Part shown: piece by piece, positions 1-12,170 of the stretch
Layout of the letters: each line of letters starts with the position of its first letter
How positions within the stretch are numbered: position 1 is the first letter of the stretch
From: Octopus sinensis
Lineage: Eukaryota
Reading direction: 5' to 3'
Assembly: GCF_006345805.1 (NCBI RefSeq)
Contig: NC_043019.1
Location: 31,123,360 to 31,187,359 of the forward strand
DNA: 64,000 nt
Position numbers and translations under genes: made by a program
The notes under the pieces: model-generated
Database searches by the model: none
Seen by the model: only the letters and a program-made list of their open reading frames with translations
What the model was told of the DNA's origin: nothing

Positions 1-275
1 ATAGATGGAAACTGAACAGAAGCCCATCATATATATGGATATATATATATATATATATATGTGTGTGTATATGTTTATGTGTCTGTGTTTGTCTCCCCAA
101 CATCGCTTGACAACCGATGCTGATGTGTTTACATCCCCGTAACTTAGTAGTTCGGCAAAAAAGACTGATAGAATTAGTACTAGGCTTACAAAGAATAAGC
201 ACTGGGGTCGATTTGTTCGACTAAAGGCGGTGTTCCAGCATGGCCACAGTCACATGACTGAAACAAGTAAAAGAG
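1..275 (+). mobile_element. SINE family A (tRNA-related head, internal TA/TG microsatellite, AGTAAAAG tail), 3' part
   Basis: Matches the many full copies in the window (e.g. 21093-21485, 27505-27925): GGAAACTGAA...TGTTTGTCCCCC...GGGGTCGATTTG...GACTGAAACAAGTAAAAGAG. Confidence 0.85.
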
Positions 276-344
276 TATATAATACAATATTACTTAAGCA
301 TTTTATAAGCATTTTATAATGTTTCTTTCTTTTCTGGAAACTCA

Positions 345-415
345 CCATTTACCGGTAGCTGACAGTTCACGGACCGGCACCAGTCCACGGACCACTACTT
401 TTAGTAGCCCTGATA
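345..415. mobile_element. hAT/Charlie-like terminal remnant
   Basis: GTCCACGGACCACTACTTTTAGTAGCCCTG resembles the GGTCCGCGGACCACACTTTGAGTAGCACTG terminus typical of hAT MITEs; recognised by eye only. Confidence 0.35.
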
Positions 416-1100
416 TAGAGCATTGAAATAATACACACACTTAAATGAGCAAGATAACATTTTGAGGTTAATCTGACATTTATTTTGTTCCATAACAACA
501 TGAGATAACATTATCAACTGGTAATTATTTATTTACCAAATTCATGAACCCAACCACAGTGTGGTTCGTTATCCTAATATATCAACATCTAAGCATTCAC
601 TCCACTTATCTTTTGTATTCACATTGTTTTACCTTCTTGGCTTGCTCCTTCTTTCATTGTTTTAATGCTTAGGAATCTTTTATTTGTTTTGGTCATTGGA
701 CTGTGGCCATGCTGGGGCAAAGTCCTTGAGAAATTGTAGTTGAACAAATCTACCCTGGGACATGCTTTTTTAAGCCAGTTACTTATTGCTGAAGTGCCAG
801 GCTACGGGAACGTAAACACACCAACACCAGTTGTCACGCACACACACACACATATAGGCCAACAAACTATAAGGAAAGGCAAAGATCTCAAGTCTTGCCA
901 TGCCTTAATGATTGTTATCCTCTTTAAACAATTATATATCAACTATATCTGAACTCTGCAATGGCTCCATAACTACTATCTCAGCTATAACCTTGGAACA
1001 CTAGTAATCTGTTACAGCACTTAAGCTAGCGTACCTAATCAGTTAGATCACCTGTGAATTAAACCCCCATATTTTATACATACATATATATGTATATATA

Positions 1101-1812
1101 TCATCATCATCATCATCATTGTTTAACGACTGCTTTCCATGCTAGCATGGGTTGGACGATTTGACTGAAAACTGGTGAACCAGATGGTTGCACCAGGCTC
1201 AATCTGATCTGGCAGATTTTCTACAGCTGGATGCCCTTCCTAATGCCAACCATTCCAAGAGTATAGTGGGTGCTTTTACAAGCTCCCAGGCATGAAGGCC
1301 AGTTAGGCAGTACTGGCAACAGTGACGCTCAAATGCTGTTTTTTGTGTGCCACTGGCACAGGAGCCAGTCCAGTGGTACTGGCAACAACCTCACTCGAAT
1401 GTCTTTTCACGTGCCACTGGCACAAGTGTCAGTAAGGCGATGCTGGTAATGATCACGCTCGAATGGTGATCTTTACATGCCACCAGCATTGAAGCCAGTT
1501 TGCTGCTCTGGCAACGATCACACTTGGATGGTGCTCTGAGCGTTCCAGTAGCTCGGATGCCAGTCATCAAATTTGGTTTCAATTTCACTTGACTCAACAG
1601 GTCTTTGCAAGCAGAGTTTAGTGTCCAATGAAGGAAAGGTATGCTTAAGTGGGCTGGTTAAATCCCTGACATAGGCTACGAGATTATGGTCTCACTTGGC
1701 TTGCCGGGTCTTCTCAAGCACAGCATATTTCCAAAGCTCCCGGTCACTAGTCATTGCCTCGGTGAGGCCTAATGTTCGAATGTTCAACACCTCATCCCAG
1801 GTCATGCTGGGT
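1101..1812 (-). mobile_element. RTE-X LINE 3' end (C-terminal ORF remnant, 3' UTR, (GAT)n tail)
   Basis: The minus strand reads TWDEVLNIRTLGLTEAMTSDRELWKYAVLEKTRQAK*, homologous to the 61869-62270 ORF end. The UTR and (CAT)n tail match 61259-61868. Confidence 0.85.
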
Positions 1813-1882
1813 CTCTCTCTCTATATATATATATGGAATATTTACTATGAAGCATTGTGTAGAGAGTATTGTATAAAGGATC

Positions 1883-2023
1883 GTGGGTAAGGCCAAAACA
1901 ATGAGAAGTAAATGCAAGGCAAATCACAAGAAAACAAATATGTGAATTAATGTAGACTTACTTTTTATTCAAAATTTCGGGGTTATGACCCCATTGTCTT
2001 TGCATTGTTTTGGCCTTACCCAC
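1883..2023. repeat. 21-bp perfect inverted repeat with about 100-bp spacer, in TA-rich flanks
   Basis: GTGGGTAAGGCCAAAACAATG (1883-1903) is the reverse complement of CATTGTTTTGGCCTTACCCAC (2003-2023). Confidence 0.8.
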
Positions 2024-2036
2024 AATATATATATAT

Positions 2037-2283
2037 ATCACTGTGATCACCATGACCGACTAGGTTATCAGATGTTGCTACACATCGCTGGTCACAATGC
2101 GCTTCGCATTGTTTTAGCTACCCCACTGGCTAAGGGAGCAGGCCAACAGAAGAAAGCGTGAGAAAAAGTTGTGGCGAAGGAGTACAGCAGGGATCGCCAC
2201 CACCCCCTGCCGGAACCTCATGGAGCTTTAGGTGTTTTCGCTCAATATACACTCACAACGCCCGGTCTGGGAATCGAAATTGC
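2037..2283 (-). mobile_element. tRNA-derived SINE family C (V-domain-like), partial
   Basis: The reverse complement resembles 23838-24155 (B-box GATTCCCAGACC, AAACACCTAAAGCTCCATG body). Confidence 0.6.
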
Positions 2284-2322
<39 letters not shown>

Positions 2323-2402
2323 TGTAATGGCAATATTAAAAATAAGGATTGCTCTGAAGTAGCAATAGCATTATCTTTAATTCAATAATTATATATCGAC
2401 TT

Positions 2403-2468
2403 TTAAGACAAACACATGTTGCAATTGCAACCCTTCTATAAAACAGTGCAGTTTCTTCAGAGTCTTAA
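2403..2468 (-). ncRNA. Degenerate minimal type I hammerhead ribozyme downstream of the PLE ORF
   Basis: Minus strand: TTAAGACT CTGAAGA [AACTGCAC...GTTGCAATT] GCAAC ATGT GTT TGTCTTAA. The CUGAAGA core is intact and TTAAGAC/GTCTTAA forms a 7-bp stem I, but GAAA is changed to GCAA and the cleavage triplet is altered. Confidence 0.45.
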
Positions 2469-2614
2469 TTTGATATCCCTCGATATGGCCATTTAATGAT
2501 TTTCTTTTATAAACTCTGCGTTGCACAATTCAGAACTGTCCATTAAGTCAGACACGAACAATCTCAATTTCAAGTTCTTATTGGATAATCATTTTCAGTC
2601 CATTGTTTCAGAAA

Positions 2615-3012
2615 CTTACTCTTTTACTCTTTTATTCTTTTACTTGTTTTAGTCATTTGACTGTGGCCATGCTGGAGCACCACCTTTAGTTGAGCAAATC
2701 GAACCCAGGACTTATTCTTTGTAAGCCTAGTACTTATTCTATCAGTCTCTTTTGCCAAACCGCTAAGTTATGGGGACGTAAACACACCAGCATCGGTTGT
2801 CAAGCGATGTTGGGGGGGACAAACACATAGAAAAGCATACACACACATATGTATAAGACGGGCTTCTTTCAGTTTCCGTCTATCAAATCCACTCGCAAAG
2901 CTTTGGTTAGCCTGAGGATATAGTAGAAGACATTTAGCCAAGGTGTCATGCAGTGGGACTGAACTCAGAACCATGTGGTTGGTAAGCAAGCTACTTACCA
3001 CACAGCCACTCT
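2615..3012 (-). mobile_element. SINE family A, full length
   Basis: Reverse-complement copy, from the (CTTTTACT)n tail to the head ACCACACAGCCACTC. Confidence 0.9.
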
Positions 3013-3044
3013 TACACCTGCATAATTTAAATGATAATTGTTCA

Positions 3045-4850
3045 TTTATACTTCACAAACGTGAATTTCCTCATGTGCAAGCATTTCAATGCTTGCTCCT
3101 GTCTAGAATTTATTATATTACCCTTGGATGTGAAAATCCTGTAAAATTCTTCTAAACATAGGTCACATCTATTGATTCCATGTCTGCATGGTTTTGCACT
3201 GCAAATTAATTTCTATTTAATCATATAGTCCTTGTTACTGTCCTTAAAGGACCAGATTAATTTTCTAAAACTCGTTTGGAAACTTTTATTTTTGTCTTTA
3301 AATAACTCAAATGATTTGCCCATCTCCTCTTGAAAATTAATGATGTCCCACCAATGTATAAGAATTTCTTACCCTCAGATATCACTATACATTTACATAT
3401 TACCTTTTCAGTTTTAAACTTATTTCCCACATAACAGGATTACCTATTTCTTTACTACCCCCAAGGGGCTAAACACAGAGAGGACAAACAAGGGCAGACA
3501 AACAGATTAAGTCAATTATATCGACCCCAGTGCATAACTGGTACTTATTTAATCGACCCCGAAAGGATGAAAGGCAAAGTCGACCTTGGCGGAATTTCAA
3601 CTAAGAACGTAACGACAGGCGAAATACATATTTCTTTACTACCCACAAGGGGCTAAATACAGAGAGGATAAACAAGGACAGACAAATGGATGAAGTCGAT
3701 CATATCGACCCCAGTGCATAACTGGTACTTATTTAATCGACCCCAAAAGGATGAAAGGCAAAATCAACCTTGGCGGAATTTGAACTCAGAACGTAGCGAC
3801 AGACCAAATACCTATTTCTTTACTACCCACAAGGGGCTAAACACAGGGAGGACAAACAAGGACAGACAAATGGATGAAGTCGATTATATCGACCCCAGTG
3901 CATAACTGGTTCTTATTTAATCGACCCCGAAAGGATGAAAGGCAAAGTCGACCTTGGCGGAATTTGAACTCAGAACGTAGCGACAGATGAAATACTGCTA
4001 AGCATTTCGCCCAGCGTGCTAACGATTCTGCCAGCTCGCCACCTTATCATAACAGGATTCCCACATAACAGGATTACCATTAAAAACAATTGCAAAGACA
4101 GCCTTTTATATTTCCCTCAGATTTAGTTTCAATTTGATCATTCATTGTAGAATTAAATTCATTCCCACCAAGTTCTTTATTACTATTTGCTCCTTATGAT
4201 ACCATTATTTTTCTTCTTTTCCTAGCTGAATTTTTATTTGATTTTATGTTATTATTAATGTTAAATTGAGTTGTTTCCCTTTCCACGACATTTAATTTCT
4301 TAGCGTTCCCTTCTATTTGGGTTTCTTTATTCCGTTTGATGTCATTATGTTTTGAATTTATTATGCCATTCTGATTGTAATCACATTTTTGAAATTTAGA
4401 TATTATTTTAACATCATGTGCTGCTATAATTTGTGCAATATCATGGCTGAGACATTAACCCGATATAATCTCATGTCAATTAAAAATGTAATATTTGTGG
4501 TTTCTTGGAAAATATTTTTTAAATTACCATATTAAAAACAATTTGGAAAAATTGTAATTGACCTGTAACCACATGGAACGATTAACCATAAAGTATACTT
4601 CGAGTTAAGATCATAATTTTGATGTTTATACCCATTTTTCAAAGGAGTAAGTTTTACTCTGATTTTGATCCATTTTAAAGTTAGCATTTATTTTACTTTT
4701 ATTTTCATCTTTAAATCTTTTAGCTGATTTTATATAAAAAGAATCTGAGATTTTATTAGAGAATACTACATCCTCATTTGCATTAGCAGTAAGACAATTT
4801 TTAACCCTGTTATCAACAATCTCACAATTTTTCCTTTTGTTATAAATATA
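3045..4850 (-). pseudogene. Penelope-like retroelement ORF remnant (post-RT linker and GIY-YIG endonuclease), interrupted by a SINE
   Basis: Manual minus-strand translation across stops and frameshifts gives FKKYFPRNHKYYIFN...HDIAQIIAAHDVKII...CLCNC...SCYVGNKFKTEKVICKCIVISEGKKFLYIGGTSLIFKRRWANHLSY / KDKNKSFQTSFRKLIWSFKD...RCDLCLEE...KCLHMRKFTF. This is the motif order of PLE GIY-YIG domains. Confidence 0.8.
3445..4047 (-). mobile_element. SINE family B (CORE-like), one head plus three tandem bodies, with 21-bp flanking duplication
   Basis: Three units of about 190 bp with GACCCCGAAAGGATGAAAGGCAAAGTCGACC; TTCCCACATAACAGGATTACC occurs at 3424-3444 and 4058-4078. Confidence 0.85.
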
Positions 4851-4872
4851 TATATAAATATATATATATATA

Positions 4873-5048
4873 TCGTTAGCCACTACACACATTTTTTCTC
4901 TCCTTGTTTTTTCTGTGCCCCTTTCTGTAGAAGAGCGTAGGCTTGAAACTTAAAAGACTTTTTCTCTCCTGAGAGTTATACTTAAACATCTGTTTGCTTT
5001 GTACGCCGCCGGTCTTTGTCTTTTGTTTTTTTCGTAAACTCTCCCTAT
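4873..5048 (+). mobile_element. About 175-bp TA-flanked element carrying a hammerhead-like motif (4921-4956)
   Basis: CTTT CTGTAGAA GAGC GTAG GCTT GAAAC TTA AAAG; a homologous copy lies at 13820-13995 on the minus strand. Confidence 0.6.
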
Positions 5049-5164
5049 ATATAGTTGATGAAATAAGTACCAGTTAGTCACTGGGGTTGATGTAACTGAC
5101 TTACCCCCTCCCCCAAAATTACTAGCTTTGTGCCAAAATTTAAAATCATCATTAAAAAGGAAAG

Positions 5165-5385
5165 TGAGGTGGTGAGCTGGCAGAATTGTTAGCATGGTGG
5201 ACAGAATGCTTAGCAGTATTTCGCCTGTTACTATGTTCTGAGTTCAAATTCCACTGAGGTCAACTTTACCTTGCATCCTTTCAGGGTTGATGAATTAAGT
5301 ACCAGTTATGTACTGGAGTCGATGTAATTGACTCATCCCCCTCCCCTGAATTTCAGGCCTTGTGCCTATACTAGAAAGGATTATT
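5165..5385 (+). mobile_element. SINE family B
   Basis: Head GGTGGTGAGCTGGCAGAATTGTTAGC, B-box GAGTTCAAATTCC, CORE-like GCATCCTTTCAGGGTTGATGAATTAAGTACCAG. Confidence 0.85.
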
Positions 5386-5989
5386 AGTAATAGCAGTAGT
5401 CGTAGAAATAGTGGTGGTAGTAGCTGCAGTAGTAGGAGATGTAGCAACAGCAGCAGCAGCTATAGTAGTATAATAGTAGTAGCAGCAGTAGTAGTAGTAG
5501 TAACAGTAGCAGCAATAATAAACTACAGGGTTAGTAGTCTGATGTCCATCTACTACCCACATCAGCTTTGTATGTTCAATCAGTTCATTCATTCATTCAT
5601 TCATTCAACAAATTCTGTTTCGGAAAATATCAATGAAACACCAGCATCGATATACAAACAACAAGAGCTCTGAGCCAACTAGAATGTGCAAAGCAGGAAG
5701 ACAGAAAGACATCAACATATGATGGTTATATTACAGCAGAGTAAAAGCAAATACTTTGAAGTTGTGGTTTATGACAAGCAGGCTGTTGAATGTCACGTTA
5801 GGGAACTGTTAACTGCAGAAGCTTTCTTATGGAAAGTCTATGATCTGCTTTAAGCCGTGTTGGGTAGTGGAGGAAGATTAAAGGGAAATACATTTTAGCC
5901 ATGAATGAACAGTTGTGTTAAGCAAGGTTATGCACTGTTTCGATGCTCATTGGGATGTTTATGGTGTTTATGTTGCAATGCTTGTTTGA

Positions 5990-6128
5990 ACAATCGATAA
6001 ATGATGGATAAACATTGTTCTTTCTCCCACTAAAACATACATGTACAAAACAGACACGTGCAGACCTACACACATGTATGAATGTATGTATATATAAATA
6101 TACATACATACATACATACATACATACG

Positions 6129-6217
<89 letters not shown>

Positions 6218-6284
6218 TTGTGTAAATGTATATATGTTGGTAGATTAATATATATGTGCATACATATGAGTATATGTATATTTA

Positions 6285-6317
<33 letters not shown>

Positions 6318-6439
6318 GCATGTGTATAGTATGTTTATATTAAATATCAATTTATGTATATGAATGTAAATGTATGTATATATGGATGCATATATATATA
6401 TTATATATATATATATATATACATACATACATACATACA

Positions 6440-6510
<71 letters not shown>
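5990..6510. repeat. Compound (TA)n/(TACA)n microsatellite
   Basis: Directly visible; source of the YI/HT-rich spurious ORFs. Confidence 0.95.
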
Positions 6511-6513
<3 letters not shown>

Positions 6514-6779
6514 AAAGTCTAAGAGGAATACTTAATATAGATTTTGAAGTGTAAAGGTGATTTTTTTTAAAATAATTAAAAAGAAAAAATGTTATGAAAT
6601 CTCTTATGAGGATTCTTTAGAAGAATTTTTTTTTCTAGTGTGTGAGTACTTTTGTTAAACTTTTTTCAAACACACATGCTCTTTAAGAGGATGTTGTTAC
6701 TTTTGTGATAGTGGTAGTATTATTTTCAAACTTATGGTTTTACTATTGTCTATTATATGGAATGTAGGCTGTTTGGGCT

Positions 6780-7775
6780 TTAATTTCAGATTTAAAATTC
6801 TTATAAATTATCTTTCTTTTGTCTATCATAATTGTATGTTTTCACTGGCTATTTTGTAAAATGGTAATATTTTAAATTTTCCATTTGTATAGATATCTAT
6901 GAGTTCACTTCATGCGACATTCTGAAGACATGAATCCCAAATTTGTTGTTTATGTATATTCACACAGCTAGTCAGTTTCCTTCCTGTCTCCCCAATGTAG
7001 TTTCCATTACATTCTGGGCATGTGACTCAGTAGATGAGGTTTTTGTTTTGCAATTCATGCATGCATTCACTTTTAATTCCTTCCCATTCTCGAATCTTTC
7101 GGTTGTCCCTTGCTCAATCAATTCACATGCCCCACAATGGGGGTCTCCACAGCTGGTTACTTGCATCATTTCTTTTGTTCAAATGTGAATTTCACTTTTG
7201 TTAGGAGTCTCTTGAAGTTAGGTGGTTGTCTTCAACTGCTGATAATTTGTGATTTTTAATTATTCTTTGGAGATTTGGGGATTGATGTAGATTTGGAAGG
7301 TATCATTTGACTGAGTGCAGGATGTTGTGGTTTCTAGGACTGTGGGTTACTACAAATGGAATATTTGTATTTGTATTTTTATTTTCACACCTAGCCTGAG
7401 TGTTTTATTATAAGGTAGAAATCGGGATTTCTTTTAGCATTGTTATGGAATGTTGGAATATTTTTGTTGGGATATTTTTATTTCTTAAGGAATATATTAA
7501 GTTCTGCCAGTTATTTCTCTCATCTAACAGTATCTGTGACTATTGAGCATATGCACCTTGCCATATTAAATGGTATGTTCCTTTTTGTATGGGAAAGGTG
7601 GCAAGATCTAAAATCTAAATATTGGTGTGTGTCTGTGTTCTTGTAGCAGCGATCAGTTGTAACTGTCTCATTTTCTTTAATTATAGGGATGACCAGAAAG
7701 GGGAGTTCCTTTTCACTCATTTCCATAGTGAACTGGATTGAAACATGAATGATATTTATTAATTTAAGAAAATTT
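6780..7775 (-). pseudogene. Second Penelope-like ORF remnant (RT C-terminus, linker, GIY-YIG)
   Basis: IQFTMEMSEKELPFL...TTDRCYKNTDTHQYLDFRSCHLSHTKRNIPFNMAR (ORF 7520-7726), then CGDPHCGACELI...MNCKTK (ORF 6972-7169), then after a frameshift NLIY*VTCPECNGNYIGETGRKL...NIHKQQI. Confidence 0.85.
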
Positions 7776-7994
7776 GCAAGGTCCTCCTTACTTCAGTTCC
7801 AAAATATGTGTTTGTATGCATGTATATATACATATATACATATCACTGTGTGTGTGTATATATATATATATAGTTATTGATGTGTGCAACAAACTACCAT
7901 TCAAAAAGCTGGGCTCAGTATTTGACTACAAACTCTCCCCACACCAGTGTAATACAGTCAGTGATGCCTCAATATTGATTAAGGCAATAATGTG

Positions 7995-8205
7995 GCATGC
8001 TGGCAGAAACATCAGCATGCCGGGCGAAATGCTCAGTGGTATTTTGTCTGTCTTTACATTCTGAGTTCAAATTCCGCCAAGGTCAACTTTGCCTTTTATC
8101 CTTTCAGGGACGATAAATTAAGTGCCACTTGCATACTGGGGTTGATCTAATTGACTGGCCACCTACCCAAAAATTTCAGGCCTTGTGCCTAGAGTGGAAA
8201 AGAAT
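7995..8205 (+). mobile_element. SINE family B
   Basis: GCTGGCAGAAACATCAGCATGCCGGGCGAAATGC...GAGTTCAAATTCCGCC...GGCCTTGTGCCTAGAGTGGAAAAGAATATT. Confidence 0.85.
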
Positions 8206-8496
8206 ATTGATTAGGGCAATAAGAGCTGTTGTGTAGGGACAAGAGCCACAAGTAGTTTAAGAGGACAGATAAAAGAAACCAGATAATTAGATATAGTCAT
8301 GTGATGATGTGATCAGTAATCTATTTAATTATTGATTTTTTATTGTTGAAATCTGTGTAATCAATCATCAGAAATATCAAAGATTTGTTTCATGTTTTTC
8401 TTCTTATACACTCACACACACACACACACAAATAAATGTCTGTGTGTGTGTGAGTTTGCATGTGTTTATTTGTGTGTTTCTGTGTATATTTATGTG

Positions 8497-8537
<41 letters not shown>

Positions 8538-8593
8538 GTGTGTGTGTGTATATGTGTGTGTGTTTATTTGTGTGTTTCTGTGTATATTTCTGT

Positions 8594-8639
<46 letters not shown>

Positions 8640-8725
8640 ATATATATGTGTGTGTGTGTTTATTTGTGTGTTTCCGTGTATATTATGCGTATATGTATAT
8701 ATGTATATATATTTATGTGTGTGTG

Positions 8726-8756
<31 letters not shown>

Positions 8757-8894
8757 AAGTGTGTGTGTGTTTATGTGTGTGTGTGTGTGTGTGTGAATGG
8801 ATTGAGCAAGTGCTTTTACTACATCAGTTTACAATTGTTTCATCTGAATTTACTCTCATCCATCTTGCAATATTATGCCATCATATTTAAGGAG

Positions 8895-9105
8895 GGAAGC
8901 TAGCAGAATCATCAGCATACCAGCTGAAATATTTAGCAGCATTTTCTCAGTCATTACGTTTTGAGTTCAAATTCCACCAAAGTCAACTTTGCCTTTCATC
9001 TTTTGGAGGGTCAATAAAGTAAGTACCAGTTAACTACTGAGATCCATGTAACTGACTAATCCTCTGCCCTGAAATTACTGGCCTTGTGCCAAAATTTGAA
9101 ATCAA
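8895..9105 (+). mobile_element. SINE family B
   Basis: Same head, B-box and CORE-like block. Confidence 0.8.
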
Positions 9106-9453
9106 TATTATACAATCATACATTCAGCCATTGATTACTCTCCGAGTGCCTTGAAGTGACACATGTTAAATGAGATTCATCAGAATTACATATAGAAAGA
9201 ATTTGAAAATTATTGTCATTATATAATCGCTGTGGATATTTGTGGATTTTCATACATTTCATAAAATTACCACTCTCCAGATTACTGTCTTGTCTGATAG
9301 CCAGTACCCATGGATGAGCTTAATAGGGTAAACGCCAGGGTTAATGCTGATATGAAATTATTATATATGTGTAGGTGCATATAAATTCATATATATATAT
9401 ATATATATACATACATATACAGACACATATATAATTATATATATATGCATATG

Positions 9454-9525
<72 letters not shown>

Positions 9526-9664
9526 CACATACACACACATACACATATATCACTTTTGCATTTCATTTGCAAGATAAATGAACAGGAATAAGTAAAAATA
9601 TGAGGCAACAAGAATAAGTTTTAACAAAGCTATTGGTTTAATGCTTGAAGGGGAAAAGAAAATG

Positions 9665-9701
9665 TCTTAACATTTTGGACATTAGTCCCCTCATCAGAAA
9701 A
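9665..9701 (-). ncRNA. Degenerate minimal hammerhead motif
   Basis: Minus strand: TTTT CTGATGA GG GGAC TAAT GTCC AAAAT GTTAAGAC. The CUGAUGA core and GGAC/GTCC stem II are present; GAAAC is mutated to AAAAT. Confidence 0.45.
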
Positions 9702-9900
9702 GCGAAAAAGAGGAAAGGTATTAGGAAGGTTGAACGAGTATATACAGTATGTATACATATGTCTGTCTGCATGTGTGTTTGTGCATGTGTATATATATAT
9801 ATATATATACATACATACATATATGTATATATAAAAATGGTAAGACAACAAAAAAATGAAAGAAACCTTGATATTATGTAAATAGATGAATTTATAAGAC

Positions 9901-9941
<41 letters not shown>

Positions 9942-10379
9942 TTTATTAACTTTAATGGTAATGCTTATTCTGTTTCAGATTCCAATTCTATTGTGAATTC
10001 TCATGAAATAATTCCACTTTAATAAAACATGATCTGGTTTTGGTGATATTGCAAACGTCTAACTTGATAATTTTGATCAATGTAAAAAAGTTCATTGTGT
10101 GACAACTAAGAAGTTTTTGATAATCTGTTTTCTTATTTTTCAGTTAATTTGATAAATTCTTGAAAAATAGCTAATTTTCAAATTTCTTACTCTTTTTTTC
10201 TTTTTAGATTTATATATATTTTTTCTGTACTGGCTTTAGTTTATTATTTGAATTTTGCATTCTAGAAAAATATGCGTTATTTTTGGAAATTTTTTTGTTT
10301 TGTTTTATGAAATTATTTTTGGATTTATATATTATCTGTCTGTTTTTTGGTTGGACATCAAGAAAGAGAATAACAGCAA

Positions 10380-10402
10380 CAATGATGATGATTGATGATG
10401 AC

Positions 10403-10450
<48 letters not shown>

Positions 10451-10555
10451 AATGATGATGATGATGGTGATGATGACAGTGATGGTGCTGCTGCTCATGA
10501 TGGTGATGGCGACAGTAGTGGTGGTGGTGATGACGATGATTATGATGATACTAAT
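10380..10555. repeat. (GAT)n trinucleotide microsatellite
   Basis: Directly visible; explains the poly-D, poly-M and poly-I ORFs. Confidence 0.95.
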
Positions 10556-10799
10556 GTTGGTGAATACAGAATATTTATCTTTTTCTAAACAGTTTGAGGA
10601 AGAACTTAAAATAAAAGTGAAAATAATTTCACAGCCAAGCAACAAATGGCAATTTGGCCTTGGAACAAGGAGATATCTACGTGGCATTTCAATCTATTAG
10701 AATTAATTCTAATAGAGTGATGTCTAATGACTCAAAGAATATATTTTATTCTCATTACCTTTCTTACCCAATGTATATCATTATATGTACACACATATG

Positions 10800-10832
<33 letters not shown>

Positions 10833-11415
10833 ATATGTGTGTGTGTGTGAAGGGGCATGGCTTCAGCAACTCAGCACTGAATCTGTCTGAAATGTAAACG
10901 GAAAATAGATCAGTTTTAAAACATTGATGTCAGGGTCACAAAAGCAAAGTTTGAAGGGAATAGTAGTCATTTCCTTTGATTCCTAGACAGAAGAAAATAG
11001 GAAATACCACTTACTAAGTAAAAAAAATTTAAAAAAAGGGGGGAAAACCCAAAAAACAAAAACAAAATTTTGTTTCACAGTTATATCAATGTCACATTGT
11101 TTATGTTTTGTTTATACACTTATTAGATGTGGGATAGTGCTCTATGAAATGCCTCTTCATGATGCTGAGTTAAGTAAAAAAAAGATGAATATCTCAGACC
11201 AGGAGGAACAACTCATCCTATAGATGAACAAGAATGGGGGATATCAATGTTTTACTGTCTTTCAGCTCATCAGTATTATACACTCGAATCACCCCCAAAA
11301 TGGACCAAACTTGCTGTTCTGATGTTTATATGCAAACAGTGTAAAGTTTATTTGGTGATGCGCTGTAGCATAGCACAAGTAAACCAAAACTATATATGTA
11401 TACATATATATATAT

Positions 11416-11475
<60 letters not shown>

Positions 11476-11481
11476 GTACAT

Positions 11482-11524
<43 letters not shown>

Positions 11525-11543
11525 TATATGTGTGTGTGTGTAC

Positions 11544-11578
<35 letters not shown>

Positions 11579-11779
11579 CATATAAATATCTATATATATA
11601 TATTTACACATACATATATACATATATATATACTTATATATATATATATATATATGTATACACACACATACATTTGATTAATGAGAGAGACGTTCTTTAC
11701 TGGTAAGCTAGCAGGTGTATACCATACAATATATCATCCAATAGCTATTCTTATCTATCCTAGTTTTAGGATGTATGGT

Positions 11780-12170
11780 TATGACAAGCAAAGGAATGCT
11801 TGATTCAATTTTTATTGTCAAAGCTGTCACAGAAGAATTACAAAGAGAATGAGTTGCTTCTTGGATTTGTTAATCTGTAGAAGGCTTTTGATAGTTTTCC
11901 CCATCAAAGTTAGCAAGTTTAGAAGGGAAAAATGAGTTAGAGTAGTTATGCTGATGTATGATGGAGCTGAGGTTGGAAAGGCTGTTGAATTAGATCATGG
12001 AATCGGTGTGAAGTTAGAAAACCTGTAAAGTTGTGTATGATATGGTTTATGGGTGTGATACCTGGGTAATGAATGCTGAGTTGTATAGAAGGCTGGGATA
12101 TGCAGAAATAAGAATGGTTTGGTTGTGAGCAGAGTATCACTGGATGAGAAGAAAAGAAAATGAATTATGG
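11780..12170 (+). mobile_element. Highly decayed, internally deleted RTE-X fragment
   Basis: KGMLDSIFIV...LGFVNL*KAFD (RT motif) followed by a YGCDTW-like segment. Confidence 0.5.

Noticed and set aside
11120-11225. CGIVLYEM resembling kinase subdomain IX
   Set aside because: The following residues do not fit a kinase, and there are no other kinase exons or a good donor site.
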